A stretch of 61,933 nt of DNA, filler included, from Asterionella formosa (lineage: Eukaryota), in the NCBI GenBank assembly GCA_002256025.1. It is 12 parts of 12 records of this genome, joined end to end, with 100 filler letters (N's around TTAATTAATTAA, not from the genome) between each part and the next. Parts side by side here need not be neighbours in the genome. Positions count along the whole stretch, not along the records: positions 20,731 to 25,805 come from NKIB01013228.1; positions 25,906 to 30,979 come from NKIB01013230.1; positions 31,080 to 36,143 come from NKIB01013231.1; 9 more parts are not named here. One strand, written 5' to 3'. Of the stretch, positions 22,801 to 35,485 are shown one piece after another. Both the position numbers and the translations under genes were made by a program. A model generated the notes under the pieces. It had not been told where the DNA came from. It ran no database searches and saw only the letters and a program-made list of their open reading frames with translations. The stretch's first letter is position 1; each line of letters begins with the position of its first letter.

Positions 22801-24678
22801 CAAGAGTAGGAGGAGCTACATGAAGGCACGAAATGATGGTTTTCTTAAAAGTGTTGACGGCAATTCAACTATTTACATCCCTGCTATCTTCCAGCATGCT
22901 CTGATGTATACAAAATCTGGTCATTGATGTCTCAAGTACTGACTCTTCATCGCATGGATTTGGCTGGTTGTTGGATAATTCGACTTCTCATATGATTCAT
23001 ATCGTTGCATCGTGCTTGCTTCCTCATCATGGTGGCGCCAAAATTTCGGTTCCCCTTTCTGTTGATTTCCTTAGCCTTTCCAGCCAAATACTTCTCTAGA
23101 TTTGATATTTAGTGATAAATAAATTAATGATTGTTCAAAAGCGACCTCAATGAGTCGTTGGGTATCAAAACTCGAAACGTTATAGTAGGTCAAAGTTAGG
23201 CTTCCATCTCGTCATTGAACCTGTATTTTTGTCAGATATGATCAGCCATTAAATTTTAACTATATTTTCTACGTGTTCTACCTTATCTCAAATCAGATCT
23301 CGGCAGCAAGTTTTAGTGCTCATGTGTTGGCTTTTTTTCCGCTGCTCTACAATAGTGTTATTTCATTGCTTTCTAACCACAATAATTCTTTTGTTACTTC
23401 TGCATAATCTTCCATAATGACAACGAAAAGTCATCAATCTCAATGAGCTATGGCAAACTCCGCAAAGCAGCCGGAACATGACGGAACCGGTGTTCTGCAT
23501 TAACTCATATTCAACAAGGAAGAGAGGACAGGTTTGTGCTTGTTGATTGTTGTCGTCATATTTGAGTTCCCGCCATTGTCGATTTTATTAATTATGAAAC
23601 ATATTTCTTCCTCTTCAGAACGTTGATGAAAGCTATTGTCATGTTACTCCTCCACTTCCTGACAATGGAACAAATCAGTATCCACTGGTCAAACCAGCTT
23701 GTCCAATGAGGTGAAATATGTTGCCAGTTGATTGTTGTTTTCACGAGGTATAATGAAGACACACTACCATTATTCTTTTCCTGTTTCCCAATGCTAGCAA
23801 GCCACTTTTATTGAAACTCACACGAAGATTGCAAAGTCTTCAGGTCGCAAAAAATGTGGGCAACATATCTCGCCAGCACCAACAACATATCACTCCATTG
23901 CTCCTATCAATCTACTCAAACCTGTCTTCCTCAATTTTCCAAGCCACAAATGCCCACATCAGCCAGTAAATTTTCGATGCATCCTGCTCCTCCTCCTGCC
24001 GGATACTACCAGGTACCAGAAGTCTGCATCGCCAGCACCAAACCTCCACTATCAAGCTGTTGCTCCTCCAACACCTCCGCAACCACAAGTCCGAATCAAT
24101 AAAGAAACCAGCACTGCCTCTAAATCAATTCAGGCATCGGTTTCTGCTCCTCCAGGCCCAATCTGAACATTTCTGAAATTTTTGTCGTTGCAACGACAAA
24201 AAAGTGTGAGTTGACAATTGTTAATGAAAATGCGTTGACAAATTTTCACATGATTTTTCCGCTGACCCATTTTCTTTTTCACTTTTTATTCTACTCCCTG
24301 CTTGTCATTTTCAAGTCTTACCTTTCGATTTCCGTTTCACACTTTGGTTGCTTAACAACATTGTGTCGAATTTTCGATGCTTGTTACAATAATTCTCGTG
24401 TGCCTATTTTTTTCATGCATATACCGGTACCGGTATATTCGGTGGTCAATGCATTTGATAAATACGGGAACGAGATTGCTCGGGTTCTCCGGGGAATTGG
24501 TGACTTACCGCTCACCGCACCAACTGATGAATCACCCATCCGGGTACTGGTACAACGTGGTTGTACCATCTACGTCGATACATACTAACCTAGTAAAAAG
24601 TACTGCTGGAACGGCCTCAAGTCACAACTTGTTGGACCTACCATTACAGCAGGGCACTAACAGGCCGATTCGTCTTTA

Positions 24679-25586
24679 GGGTCGTTCTTATCATTTTCGA
24701 TTTGGTATCAATCTTTTTGAAAAAGTATCATGTAACGGCTACTCGATTTAAACCGAAAAAATCCATTCTCCACAGAAATAAAAATGAAATTGTATCACCA
24801 AAAAGTATCACGAAAATTCAACGGTTACGGGCTGGCTACAAACAAGTGTTTTTCCTTCCTGTTACCAAACCAGTCCTCAAACCATGCAAGAAATCTACGC
24901 GAATTATGTATATGGACTACTATAGTCAATTGTATTTGCACATGTATTTGTTGTAATCACGTGATCATTTTCGTATTCTATTGCCTAGTACGTGCTGGAC
25001 AAGTGATAGTAGAATGTACCGGTAGTGACAGCCAAAGCCAAAGTATTTGCAGAGCTAGTATATGTCGTAGTCACGTGATCATTTTCGTATTCTATTGCCT
25101 AGTACCTTGTCATGAATTCCCGGACCAGGTACCAGGGTACCAGGTACCTGTAATTAGATAGCGGGTATGTCTCTATGCACATGACTCAATCCGTTCAATT
25201 CTCGACTCAGTGGTTTTCGTCCTTTTGTGTTGTGGCTGAACATTACCACACACGGCCGCTATAATGATTGTATTGTGCTTCTGTGATGCACACCATAATA
25301 ATTTTTGTATATATTATATAGATGTCAATAAAAGTACTGCCCTGCAGGCGTATTTTCGGTTATTTTATCAGTGACAACGGAAATGATACCCGCGTGAAAA
25401 CGTCAGTATCACTGATACCGTTTTTGGAGGGGGCAAAAAAGGTATCAATTTTGTATCAATGATACAAAAGATACAAAATTGATGCCATCAAGTTACCGTT
25501 GCTGATACCGTGTTTTGATACCAACCGTCATTTTTTGCCCACAACCCGGAAATGATACAGCAAATTCGGAATGATAAGAACGACCC
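24679..25586. mobile_element. Complete non-autonomous PIF/Harbinger-type element, 908 bp
   Basis: Perfect 17-bp TIR gggtcgttcttatcatt / aatgataagaacgaccc, TTA target duplication at 24676-24678 and 25587-25589, and many gtatca/tgatac subterminal motifs. Confidence 0.85.
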
Positions 25587-25625
25587 TTAGATAGCATCTT
25601 ATCAGATTATGAGACACCGAGTCTA

Positions 25626-25749
25626 CTACAGAGCTACGACAGAAAATAATAGGGATAAACATAGTACCACCATAACCATACATGGCAGCCTCTACAGAGC
25701 TGCGACAGAAAATAATAGGGAAAAACATAGTACCACCATAACCGTACAT
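25626..25749. repeat. Tandem duplication, unit ~64 bp
   Basis: ctacagagct.cgacagaaaataataggga.aaacatagtaccaccataacc.tacat occurs twice. Confidence 0.85.
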
Positions 25750-25905
25750 CACATTTAGCAAGACCGCGCCGGTGTTTTTCTGGTAGAAAGTACGTTGTTG
25801 TGGTANNNNNNNNNNNNNNNNNNNNNNNNNNNNNNNNNNNNNNNNNNNNTTAATTAATTAANNNNNNNNNNNNNNNNNNNNNNNNNNNNNNNNNNNNNNN
25901 NNNNN

Positions 25906-28040
25906 CCAATCCCAGATTGATGCATCCCAATAATGTGTCATTTGATTTTTCTGATCCCTGCAAGGCTCCACAACCGTCTGATGTCCGTTCAGAATTACAC
26001 ACCGGGAGTTGGTGGATTGACGCTCACAACTGCCTTTGCATTCAACCCAATGATTTTCTCGTCCCTCTCATGTTTTTCATTGATAGAACACATACTGTAG
26101 AAAATTCTAAATTCACCATGGAGCCAGTTTTGTTTTCTCTTGGGATTTTCCGTACAACTGTAAGGAACAAAGTCATTGCTTGGCGCCCCCTTGGTCTAAT
26201 ACCAAAACTTGATGGTCAGAGTCTTGCATTGAACAAAAATATGACTGCTGACAATAAGTGCAAGGATTATCACACAATTTTGGCAATTATATTGTCGGGA
26301 GTTCAAGAGACTCAGAAATCTGGTGGCTTCAGGTATAATTTCAATTTCCATGGCAAACAGCATAGCCTGGTTGTAAAGGTACAGGTCGGGTTGGTGCTTG
26401 GAGATGCGGAAGGATTGGACAATCAGTGTGGGAGGATTAAATATTACCTGAAAACTTTTCGTCTCTGTCGGGAATATGATTGTTCATACGACAAATTAGA
26501 TAAACCATCAATCAAATGCTCTCCAGTAGGGCAAGTGGGTTATGCTCTTCTATTAGGAATGAACGACAAGACACTAATGGATGCCGTGTCAAAACGTTTT
26601 ATTACACCTTGCTGGTATGCGCTGGATTTTGGTGGAGATCCATTGGGTATCAATGGCCCTTGCCCTCCTGAAAAGTTGCACTCAATACATGAGAGAATAA
26701 TGCGTTATCTCATTCTTCTGTTCTCGGTAAAGTTTGACACTGTTACCTCTGCTCAGGGGTTGAAAAATAGAACCGCTTTTGATACATTATTCATAAAAGT
26801 GTCAAAGATGATGCAACATCAAAGCGATTGGGATATGCCAAGGTGCAATTTTCATGGTGGATTCCATGGATGTTTTCCAAAGATAACAGGAAATGAAACC
26901 GTTGGGGTAATGCTTGTTGCTTGTTAGGTAATGGCTACAGACGCCGGAATCAAGCTTTGCAAGGATGAGGTGGGAATGTCAATGCAGGAAATAAAAGACA
27001 TCCAAATAATTTTCGAGGGCATGGTTTGTTATAATTCCTGGTTCAGCCAAGAAAGTTATGACGAACATCGATTGATGGGAATTGATTGTCGATCCATTGT
27101 CAAGTACTACACAAAATTAGTCAAGATTTTCCCAAGAGAAACGACAGAGCAAGGCTGGAAAATGACAAAGTTTCATCAGCAGATGCATACTGTCCGAAAT
27201 ATCGAACGGTTTGGCGGTCCGCAAGTTTTCAATGGTGGACCAATGGAAAAAAATTTAAAATTCCTTTGCAAGTTACCAGCTAAAACATCTCAAAAACGAC
27301 ATCACCTAATGGACCTTCAATCTGGACAACGAATTATCGAAAACATTGCCATAGGTGTTGCATGTCGGGAATTTTTGGGAAGAGATCCTTTTGAACATGA
27401 CGATACAGATTCGCTCGCCAATGATGGTACTACTAATGAAACACCAAGCACTGGGACTGACAGTATAAGCACATCTACAGGTGGTGCACGCTTTATCTTA
27501 AAGTTACAGGAAAATAATTATGGATTCGCTATTGCATCTGTCACTTCCAATTCGGCGACCAAAAAGTCAATTGAGGTCCTGTGTGAACACAATCGAGATG
27601 GAAATACTTTCCATGCCCATCCCAATTATTTGGGACAGGGGTCTTGGTATGATTGGGCCGACTTCAAATGGATAGACGAGGAAAGTGGTATACCTTACAT
27701 AGTGTTGGGGAAAATCTTTGGTTTTGTATTGCTTGGGCCTGAATTTGATTTTACTAATCCACGATTGTGTGCATCACTCCACAACGAAACAACTGGAATC
27801 TTTGCAATTGTGAACTCATGTAAGGATCCAAGTGAGAGTTTATTTAATAGCCGTCGTTCTAAAATGTTTGAGATAGCTCACCTGATGGGTAATGAATCAG
27901 GAAAGAGAAAACAGCTCATGTTTGTTACAGTCGATTGTATTTCTGCTCCTGCTGTTGTTGTCCCTAATATTGGAGGAATACCTGGGTCGGTATTACAAGT
28001 TAAACCTCAGCATACTTGGCAATCTTTTTTCTCATTTTGA
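25906..28040 (+). mobile_element. Plavaka/CMC-like DNA transposase, 5' truncated, with one in-frame TAG at 26925-26927
   Basis: VPLMFFIDRTH, WRPLGLIP, LGDAEGLDNQCG, PPEKLHSI, MTKFHQQMH, GGPMEKNLK and FHAHPNY...WYDWA; ORFs 25917 and 26931 share a frame. Confidence 0.7.
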
Positions 28041-28349
28041 GATTCGAGATATGCATGCACACAACACAGCAGTACTAGTTATTTCTATTAATATATATAT
28101 TAGCTACCGGTAGCTATAGAAATGGTTGAAAAGTTGCAAAACCAAGAAACATACTTCCATGCCTATCTCGGTTTAAAAAAATCAATGGTGATCTCGAACA
28201 GCCTACGTGCATCCCGACTTGGAAGAATGATCCCCATTCTTCCAGTTCCACTTCCTGAGAACACATATCTGGTTGTGCTTAAATGGAGACATCGAGTACT
28301 GCTTGATCAGCATCGTGACCACACTCACCGTATTTTACTTTGTCATTTC

Positions 28350-30310
28350 ATACAAGGTCATGACGGTAAAGAGGTGGTATGCACGAAACGAGGTGATATT
28401 CTGATTACCAATAAAACGTGCTCCATGTTACTACGCAAGGTACTCTACACTCCACACTTCCACAAGAATATCGTCAGCATCGGGCAATTTGTCAAGAACG
28501 GAGGGTGCAAGGCACGCATGAAGGGGTCTGAGTTGAGTCTACATTAGGAAGGGTACGACAACGAACTAACCTTTTCTTACGAGGATCAAGGCGTCCTTTA
28601 CTACTTCAAGGGAAAACGTACCCTAGAATCCAAAACGGTCTTGTCTATCCACGACTCGACAACAAACCGTACACCTGATCCTACTCCAACGAATACCAAG
28701 ACAGTGACGCAACTTCCTACGGCAAAACTACCAAGAAACCAACGCAAATTGACATCAACGAGGCCCACGACAAATACGGCCACATCAGCGAAGCATCCCT
28801 TCGCGCAACGCTAAAGTCCCTCGGTATTGAACCTACGGGCAAGATTCAGTCGTTTGAAGGCTGCGCACTAGCCAAGGCAAAGGCCAAAGCGGTACCTAAA
28901 GTCACAACCCTCAAGGCCTCTACTCCTGCTGTACGATTGTACGTGGACATTTCAGGTCCCTACAAGAAATCTCTAATTGGAAACAACTACTGGATTCTAT
29001 TCGTGGATCAGTACACAGGCAAGGCATGGAGTTATTTTGTTAACAAGAAGAGTCTTTTGGCGAGCATCGCGGATGCCCTATTGACTACACTCAAGTCAGC
29101 GGGCTATGTAGTACGCTTCCTACGCTGCGACAATGCCGGTGAAAACATGACCAGTCTAAGTATCGTCTGCACACGCAGGGTATTCAGATTGAGTATAGTG
29201 CCCCACATACTCCTCAACAGAACGGAGTCGTGGAACGAAAATTTGTGACGATACGAGACCGAGCATGTGCCTCCATGTTCAGCGCAAAATTGTCAGACGA
29301 ATACCAGGGGCTACTGGTGGGCCGAGAGTGTCCACATGCACACGCGACTAACGAACTTTGTCGCTAATTCGAATACGGGAAAATGCCCTTTTCTACGGCT
29401 TTCAGACTAAGATTTATCCTCACCTGATTCAGTTTGGCAGGGTGGGGTGGGCCACGATTCGGACGCCAAGGCAGAAACTAACCCCAAAAGTGTCAAATGT
29501 GTCATGCTTGGATACAGCCATGACCACGCCGGTGATACCTACCGCATGTACAAGTTTACAACGAAAAAGGTCTTCAACACAAGAGACCTTAAATTGGCCG
29601 ACTGGCATGGAAATGCCAAACCCACAGCGGACATGGACGAATTCACCACAGACGGATCCGGTATAGACAAGGAATTCGACACTCCTACTAAACCTACCAA
29701 CGCAATGCCTCCTGACGAGCAAGGGGCTACTACGCTACTACCAACGAAACAAGACGATCCCAGTACTCCCAAGGGAGTGAGCTTTGCAGATTTCCGTCGC
29801 AGGTGGTAGGAATACGAACGAGCCTCGTACGAATAATGATACGAAATCTACAAAGCTCGATCGAGAAATGAATAGGCTATCTACAGACTTTGTGACCTCA
29901 CCTACTCCTACTCGTGCAGGCACACGTCAGCAATCATCCGCAGCACACACGCTAATATTGGATGATGACACCATCGAAGATAACAACGAAGAGCACCAAC
30001 CTAGTGAGGAAGCACACTCAACGAGCCTAGCTTCTGACCCACTGGAACCCAAGAACTACAAGCAGGCACTATTAAGTATTGAAAAAGACCAATGAACCAA
30101 GGCAATCAAAGGAGAGATTGAAAACTTTTACTCCCGCAAAGTGTGGAAACTACATCCTCGTAAGAATCTAAATGGACGAAAGCCACTTGGAGCAAAATGG
30201 TTTTTAAAAAAAGAACAAGCACAACAACACTACGTGCTACGAGGGCCGTATTGTGGTAAAAGGCTACGTGCAGATACCAGGTGTCGACTTCACAGATTCA
30301 TTTGCACCTG
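28350..30310 (+). mobile_element. Degenerate Ty1/Copia pol (protease end, GAG-pre-integrase, integrase, RT start)
   Basis: KVLYTPHFHKNIVSIG, HDKYGH...CALAKAK, LYVDISGP, LRCDNAGEN, PHTPQQNGVVER, EPKNYKQAL and VVKGYVQIPGVDFTDSFAP; multiple frameshifts. Confidence 0.9.
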
Positions 30311-30600
30311 TGAAGTTTTAACGGTTTCATGTGAAGTTTTCACAATGAATTTTGAACGCGAGACTGAATTAGTTGATGTTTCAAAAATTTCTATTGACTT
30401 TTCGAAATTTCGTCTACGTACGAGTGTTAATTATGTGGTACTTCACATGCATTAATAAAGCCACTCTTCACGTAAAAAGGTTACTTTTAACTGTTTCATG
30501 TGACGTTTTAACGGTTTCATGTGAAGTTTTAACTGTTTGTTCATGTGAAGTTTTCACAATGAATTTTGAACGCGAGACTGAATTAGTTGATGTTTCAAAT
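30309..30600. repeat. Repeat array with ~21-bp subunits and a duplicated ~60-bp block, truncating the Copia RT
   Basis: tgtgaagttttaacggtttca variants; tgtgaagttttcacaatgaattttgaacgcgagactgaattagttgatgtttcaaa occurs twice. Confidence 0.85.
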
Positions 30601-31079
30601 AATTCATTTGAAAGTTCAACTAAGATCCTGCTCTTGAGGCTAATACATTCACAACACGCATTTTACTTAATGAAATAGTAAGGATATTTGTGGTGTCTAA
30701 TGTCATCCATCTGAGATCAAAGTTTTACGGTTGTACACATCACATGAAGAACTCACACTTACCGGTAAAAAAGCTCCCTCTTCCCAGTTTTCATGTTATG
30801 TAGGTTATTACCGGTACTAGGTAAATGTACTACTAGCCAGTGGTAGGCAACCCAATTTTTTTACGTGATTATTATTACTCAAAATCAACACTGGTGGAAT
30901 TATGTCTACTGATGAGGATGGTACCAGGTAGTATTGTTTGCCAAATATGTGCCAAACAAGGTCCATTATTTTAGCTACCNNNNNNNNNNNNNNNNNNNNN
31001 NNNNNNNNNNNNNNNNNNNNNNNTTAATTAATTAANNNNNNNNNNNNNNNNNNNNNNNNNNNNNNNNNNNNNNNNNNNN

Positions 31080-31418
31080 GCGAGAAACTGCAGAAAGGAA
31101 CTTCGGTTTTTTTACTAGGCCAAATAAACGAGTTGGCCCAGTAAAATCCACTATTTTCAGCATAGTTAAAAAAACCGAAGTTCCTTTCTGCAGTTTCTCG
31201 CCAGATCCTATATCCTGACGATATATAGCGTTGACCTATACCCCTACTTTGATAAATGACTGTATTTAAGCATGTGGAAAGGGTGTGTATTGGTGAAAGC
31301 TCCGTTTAGCGATATACATTTACGTTTTACTCGTAAGAAGTCTATGTTTGACTACTCTGACTTAATATTATTTTTTTAACCCTACCTCGAGCTAGGGGTT
31401 CAAATGCAGGAACCTTAA
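31080..31418. mobile_element. End of a TTAA-flanked TIR element containing a 35-bp perfect hairpin
   Basis: 31080-31114 pairs with 31167-31201; the terminus aaatgcaggaacc|ttaa matches 1502-1520 inverted. Confidence 0.6.
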
Positions 31419-31979
31419 TCTAGAAACTCCATTATTATTTAGGGACCATGATAATAGTTGTATCTACAGGTAGTCATCATAAATGTCAGTTGGAACTTTG
31501 ACTTGGCATACTAGAACACAATACAGTCAACAATCAACACGATATATATGTTATATAGGTAATAAGGTGTTACATGTCCCCTCAATATACAAGGCCTGAC
31601 ATGTTTGATGCAGTATACCATTCAAAGCAAAACCCCTGAAACCATATTCCACAGTACTTGTGATGAGGTGTCGTTGAAGGTGACCTCAGTTGTGTACTGT
31701 ACTCTATCCCATTTTTGGATCAGCGTCAGCACAAAGCAAGCAAACACTGTGCACGCATGGCATAAGGATAGGGAAATCACGGTTTGAGTATGTGAGCAAC
31801 ATCGAAATAAGAGTCAATTCACAAGAACACATATAAATTCTTCAGTCCATAGTTTGATAGGTCTGTCGCAGGAGATAGTTACTCGCAAAATGTTGAGGAT
31901 GGTCTAGTAGTAAAGGACCAGAATTTAGAAAACGAATGAATTTAGAGGTTTTAGTCAACATGAGACGATGCCTTGTTAC

Positions 31980-33362
31980 CTACAGTACATCGTGAGCTTT
32001 TGAAATCACTTCCTCTACAATCTCATCCAATTCTCCTGATTGGACTATTTCCCCAGAATTTGACCAGGAGGATACCCAAGCTCCAAGGGCTCCCGCCACC
32101 CCAGAACTTGTTAGCCGTCCCATTGTGTTACCTTCATTCACTGGTGGCTGCACCATGTTGCGTATGCCGTCGATCCCCAAGTTACTCACAAGGCACCCAG
32201 CCAGAATAAGTGCCCCACCAGCAATAGCAGTCGGCCCAAAATGTTCTCCCATGACGACAGATGCAAAGGCAGCTCCCCAGAGTGGTTCCGTCGAAAAAAT
32301 CAAAGTGGTATCTGCGGCTGATAATGTTTTCAACGCCAGCGTCTCCATGTACACCGTCAACGCCGTTGTAATGGCACCCGTCCACAACAAAGCCGCCAAA
32401 ATCATTGGATCCATCAGCCATGCCATGATCTGCGTCGAGTCCGGTAAACCGTCAGCGGCAAGGCAATACGTAGCCGATGCGACAAAAATGGCAAGTAGCT
32501 GTGCCGCCGTACTCCGACTGGCTTCTTCAGGGTGTACTCGCATGGCTTGTTCCATTTTCCAAAAGCCCAGACCAAAGGCAAAGGGTTGAATGAGCGAAGC
32601 AATGTCACTCGATGAGAACGACTCCAAAGGGCCACCTCCAAGTTCCAAGAAAGCGACTCCCGCCACAGCCATAGCAGCTCCAGCAATTTGTTTCAGGGAA
32701 AGTTTTTTCCCCATGATACGGTCCAAGAGAGGAACAATCACAACAGCCAAGGAGCAAAGAAATGCCGATTTTGACGCCGTCGTTGTCTCAAGTCCAACAG
32801 CTTGAGCCACATACCCCACACTGGCCCACATGCCCACTTCAAGGCCAGCGAATGCTGCATTGGCTGTCGTACGAAGGTCAGAATCGGGCCTTGGTTTTGC
32901 TAGCAACCATGGAAGGGTCACAAGGGCAGCCAGTCCAAAGCGTAGGGTTCCCATGGCACCCACAGGCATGACTTCGCCGAGAAGCTTCACAACGGAAAAG
33001 TTAGTCCCATATAGTGCCGCTGCTGTGAGCAACAGGATTCTAGCGTTCCGGACGTCTTTGTCCTGTTGTGATTGTATTGGTGTGGATGACTTCGAAAGTT
33101 CCCGACGGTCCTGTTCGATTTCCTCAAAGAAATGATCCATTTCTACTCGCTGTTTCCAGGTCTCATCCTCACTGAATTCGACATTTTCAGTAGGCACAGG
33201 GGCGTTGATGGGTTCAGTCGGACCACGATGTATCTTCTTAGCCTGCTTCAAGGCGATCACTTGACTGTATGATGCGTCTCTCGCTAGTCGTACCGGGATT
33301 GTGAAGGAAGTTGAGGCAGACACCAACAGCGGGAGGAGCGAGGAAATGTAGCTTAACCTCAT
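31980..33362 (-). CDS. EamA/DMT-family transporter, probably plastid-targeted
   Basis: LYGTNFSVVK, LRFGLAAL, VGLETTTASKSAFLCSLAVVIVP, IFSTEPLWGAAFA; signal peptide followed by S-F (ASAFAP-like). Confidence 0.9.
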   Translation of the reverse strand: MRLSYISSLLPLLVSASTSFTIPVRLARDASYSQVIALKQAKKIHRGPTEPINAPVPTENVEFSEDETWKQRVEMDHFFEEIEQDRRELSKSSTPIQSQQDKDVRNARILLLTAAALYGTNFSVVKLLGEVMPVGAMGTLRFGLAALVTLPWLLAKPRPDSDLRTTANAAFAGLEVGMWASVGYVAQAVGLETTTASKSAFLCSLAVVIVPLLDRIMGKKLSLKQIAGAAMAVAGVAFLELGGGPLESFSSSDIASLIQPFAFGLGFWKMEQAMRVHPEEASRSTAAQLLAIFVASATYCLAADGLPDSTQIMAWLMDPMILAALLWTGAITTALTVYMETLALKTLSAADTTLIFSTEPLWGAAFASVVMGEHFGPTAIAGGALILAGCLVSNLGIDGIRNMVQPPVNEGNTMGRLTSSGVAGALGAWVSSWSNSGEIVQSGELDEIVEEVISKAHDVL

Positions 33363-34269
33363 TGTGGAGTTTATGAACAGATATTAGCAAGCAATAGCGA
33401 CTTTAAGTATCAGATGGTGTTACAATGTCAGAAGGCAGCAGTAGGAAGAGGGTCACGTTTGGCTATAATGAGACAAGATGAAAGTGGAGGAGTCTATTAA
33501 CAAGAGCAACGCATTGAAAGAGAAATGTCAGCGCTCAAAATTATGTGCATTACATGTTCTGCTGCTACCAATCACTTTTGAGTACAGCACATAGCAGATG
33601 CATGGAACCATTAAAGACAATAAGCTTCACGTAGTACCAGGTACCATGAGGTTCCTGGTACCAGCTGCGGAGTAACCTGGTCCATTCGTAACATTCGTGT
33701 GTGCATGGGGCGACACAATCATCATCGACGACGGGTTGATCAGATACCTGGTACATAGGAGTATCAGTGTAAGTATGGCAACAGGTAGAGTACCACGTAC
33801 CCTACCTGGTACTGCTGTTGCAGTCGTAGATCAACTACAACAGCCAATCAAATCGATCATTCTTTAAAGAACTGATTATTGGTCTGCCAGTCACAATCTT
33901 TGGACATGACACCTTCCCGTCAGCCAAGCAAAGCAGATGTGCGTGCGTGCGTGGCCAATGTGATGTATGTAGAATAAACCACGTGTATACATAGAAAACT
34001 TTTCAATTACCAGTACATAAAATATACTAGACATAAGAACGACGCACAATTTGATTACCCCGTATTCGTCATTGTCCTGGACCCCCCTGTACATTTTTCT
34101 CGAGGTGGAACCAAACACCCAATAATTTTCTTGTCATACCGGTAGACAAAGTAACGTGCTATAATTCTTTTGGTCCTCGTATGCTCTAGTATATAATTAT
34201 TTAGCTACTATTTTGCGATTCTTTTGTACATACAAAACACAAGAGGAGACAGGTACCAGGTAGTGGCTG

Positions 34270-34560
34270 TGAGCAGCTGGAGAATTCTTCATCATGTTGT
34301 CGCAACCTTGACCATGACGAAAATACGAATTATCTCCACGAAAGTAGAGAATGACGCTTTGCTACTTGCTACCTGTATTGAGAATGACATGTAAAATACA
34401 ATCGTAAAAGAAGTAAAGTAAAAACACGAATACTACTTGCTACCTGTATTGAGAATGACATGTAAAATACAATCATAAAAGAAGTAAAGTAAAAACACGA
34501 ATAATGAGGACAACGAAAATTGAGATCGCCGATGACAACATGAAGTGGTGTTTTTCTTGC
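34270..34560. repeat. Dispersed repeat related to 58285-58480, with an internal ~71-bp tandem duplication (34363-34502)
   Basis: gctggaga, atgttgtc, ccttgaccatgac and gacaacgaaaattga are shared by both loci. Confidence 0.65.
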
Positions 34561-35008
34561 AAGATGAAGAACTCTCTCATTTTTCACAACACGGAAATAA
34601 TTGTCATATTAAGGCCATTGCTAATGGTGGACCAAAACGCAAACCAAACAGTGTTTTGGTTTCGGTAACCCTAAAAAATGATGCCATTGGGAGTGAAAAA
34701 CCCAATGCAAACACATTACGTTTAGGGGATTCCGTGCCCATATCCCAATAAGTTACCCAAACGCATTACGTTTAGGTTTTTTCCAAAGTTACCTAAACGT
34801 AGGATTCCATATTGACTACTTTGAATGTAGTCACTAGAAACCCAATTATTATCATTGTAGAATCAGTACATATAGGACGCATCATTTACCTGTATATCAT
34901 ACATAGATACAACAATAGCTATACGGTACTCTGGTACCAGGTACCAGGGGACCACACTGTCGAGAACAACAACAACAACAAATCATCTCGGATTTCACCA
35001 CAATCAAC

Positions 35009-35485
35009 ATGTCATCAAACCCACATTTCACCAACATGGCACACATGGATTCATGTGACCATCGCCCACATAACATTGTACAATGTCTAGATGCTAATGG
35101 TGAGGTAGAACCAGAGTATCTTCAGTTTTTGTCTGATTTCGGAAGAACTCTACTCATGCCCACTCCAGAAATACAAGGTCTTAACAATGTGCCTCTACCC
35201 CCAAGAGTTAGAATGAGAGGAAAGAACAAGGTCTGTGAATACATCAATGACGAAGGGCTAATTCAAATGATACCTCCTGTGATGTCAAACTGGGCGGTAT
35301 GTACTATACATTTCCAGACCAGCAGTTGAATCATTGTCATTTCAAAAGAAATTCCGCTGCAGATTTCGACTACCACACAACCAGTTCCTCCAATTTGTTG
35401 TTGATGCTAGAGATTCAAATTGGTTTCCTCGCTGGACTCGACCTGATGCAACAGGAAGGGCATCAGCACCCCTTGAACTTATCGT
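35009..35485 (+). pseudogene. PIF/Harbinger transposase N-terminal remnant
   Basis: After a frameshift the sequence reads FQKKFRCRFRLPHNQFLQFV...WFPRW...DATGRASAPLEL, then breaks off. Confidence 0.6.

Noticed and set aside
26925..26927. Programmed readthrough or pyrrolysine at the in-frame TAG
   Set aside because: A nonsense mutation in a decaying transposon is simpler, and no recoding signal is evident.
30309..30600. CRISPR-like or coding repeat (ORFs 30141 and 30373)
   Set aside because: Irregular degenerate tandem subunits with no spacers; the ORFs are chance read-through from the Copia remnant.
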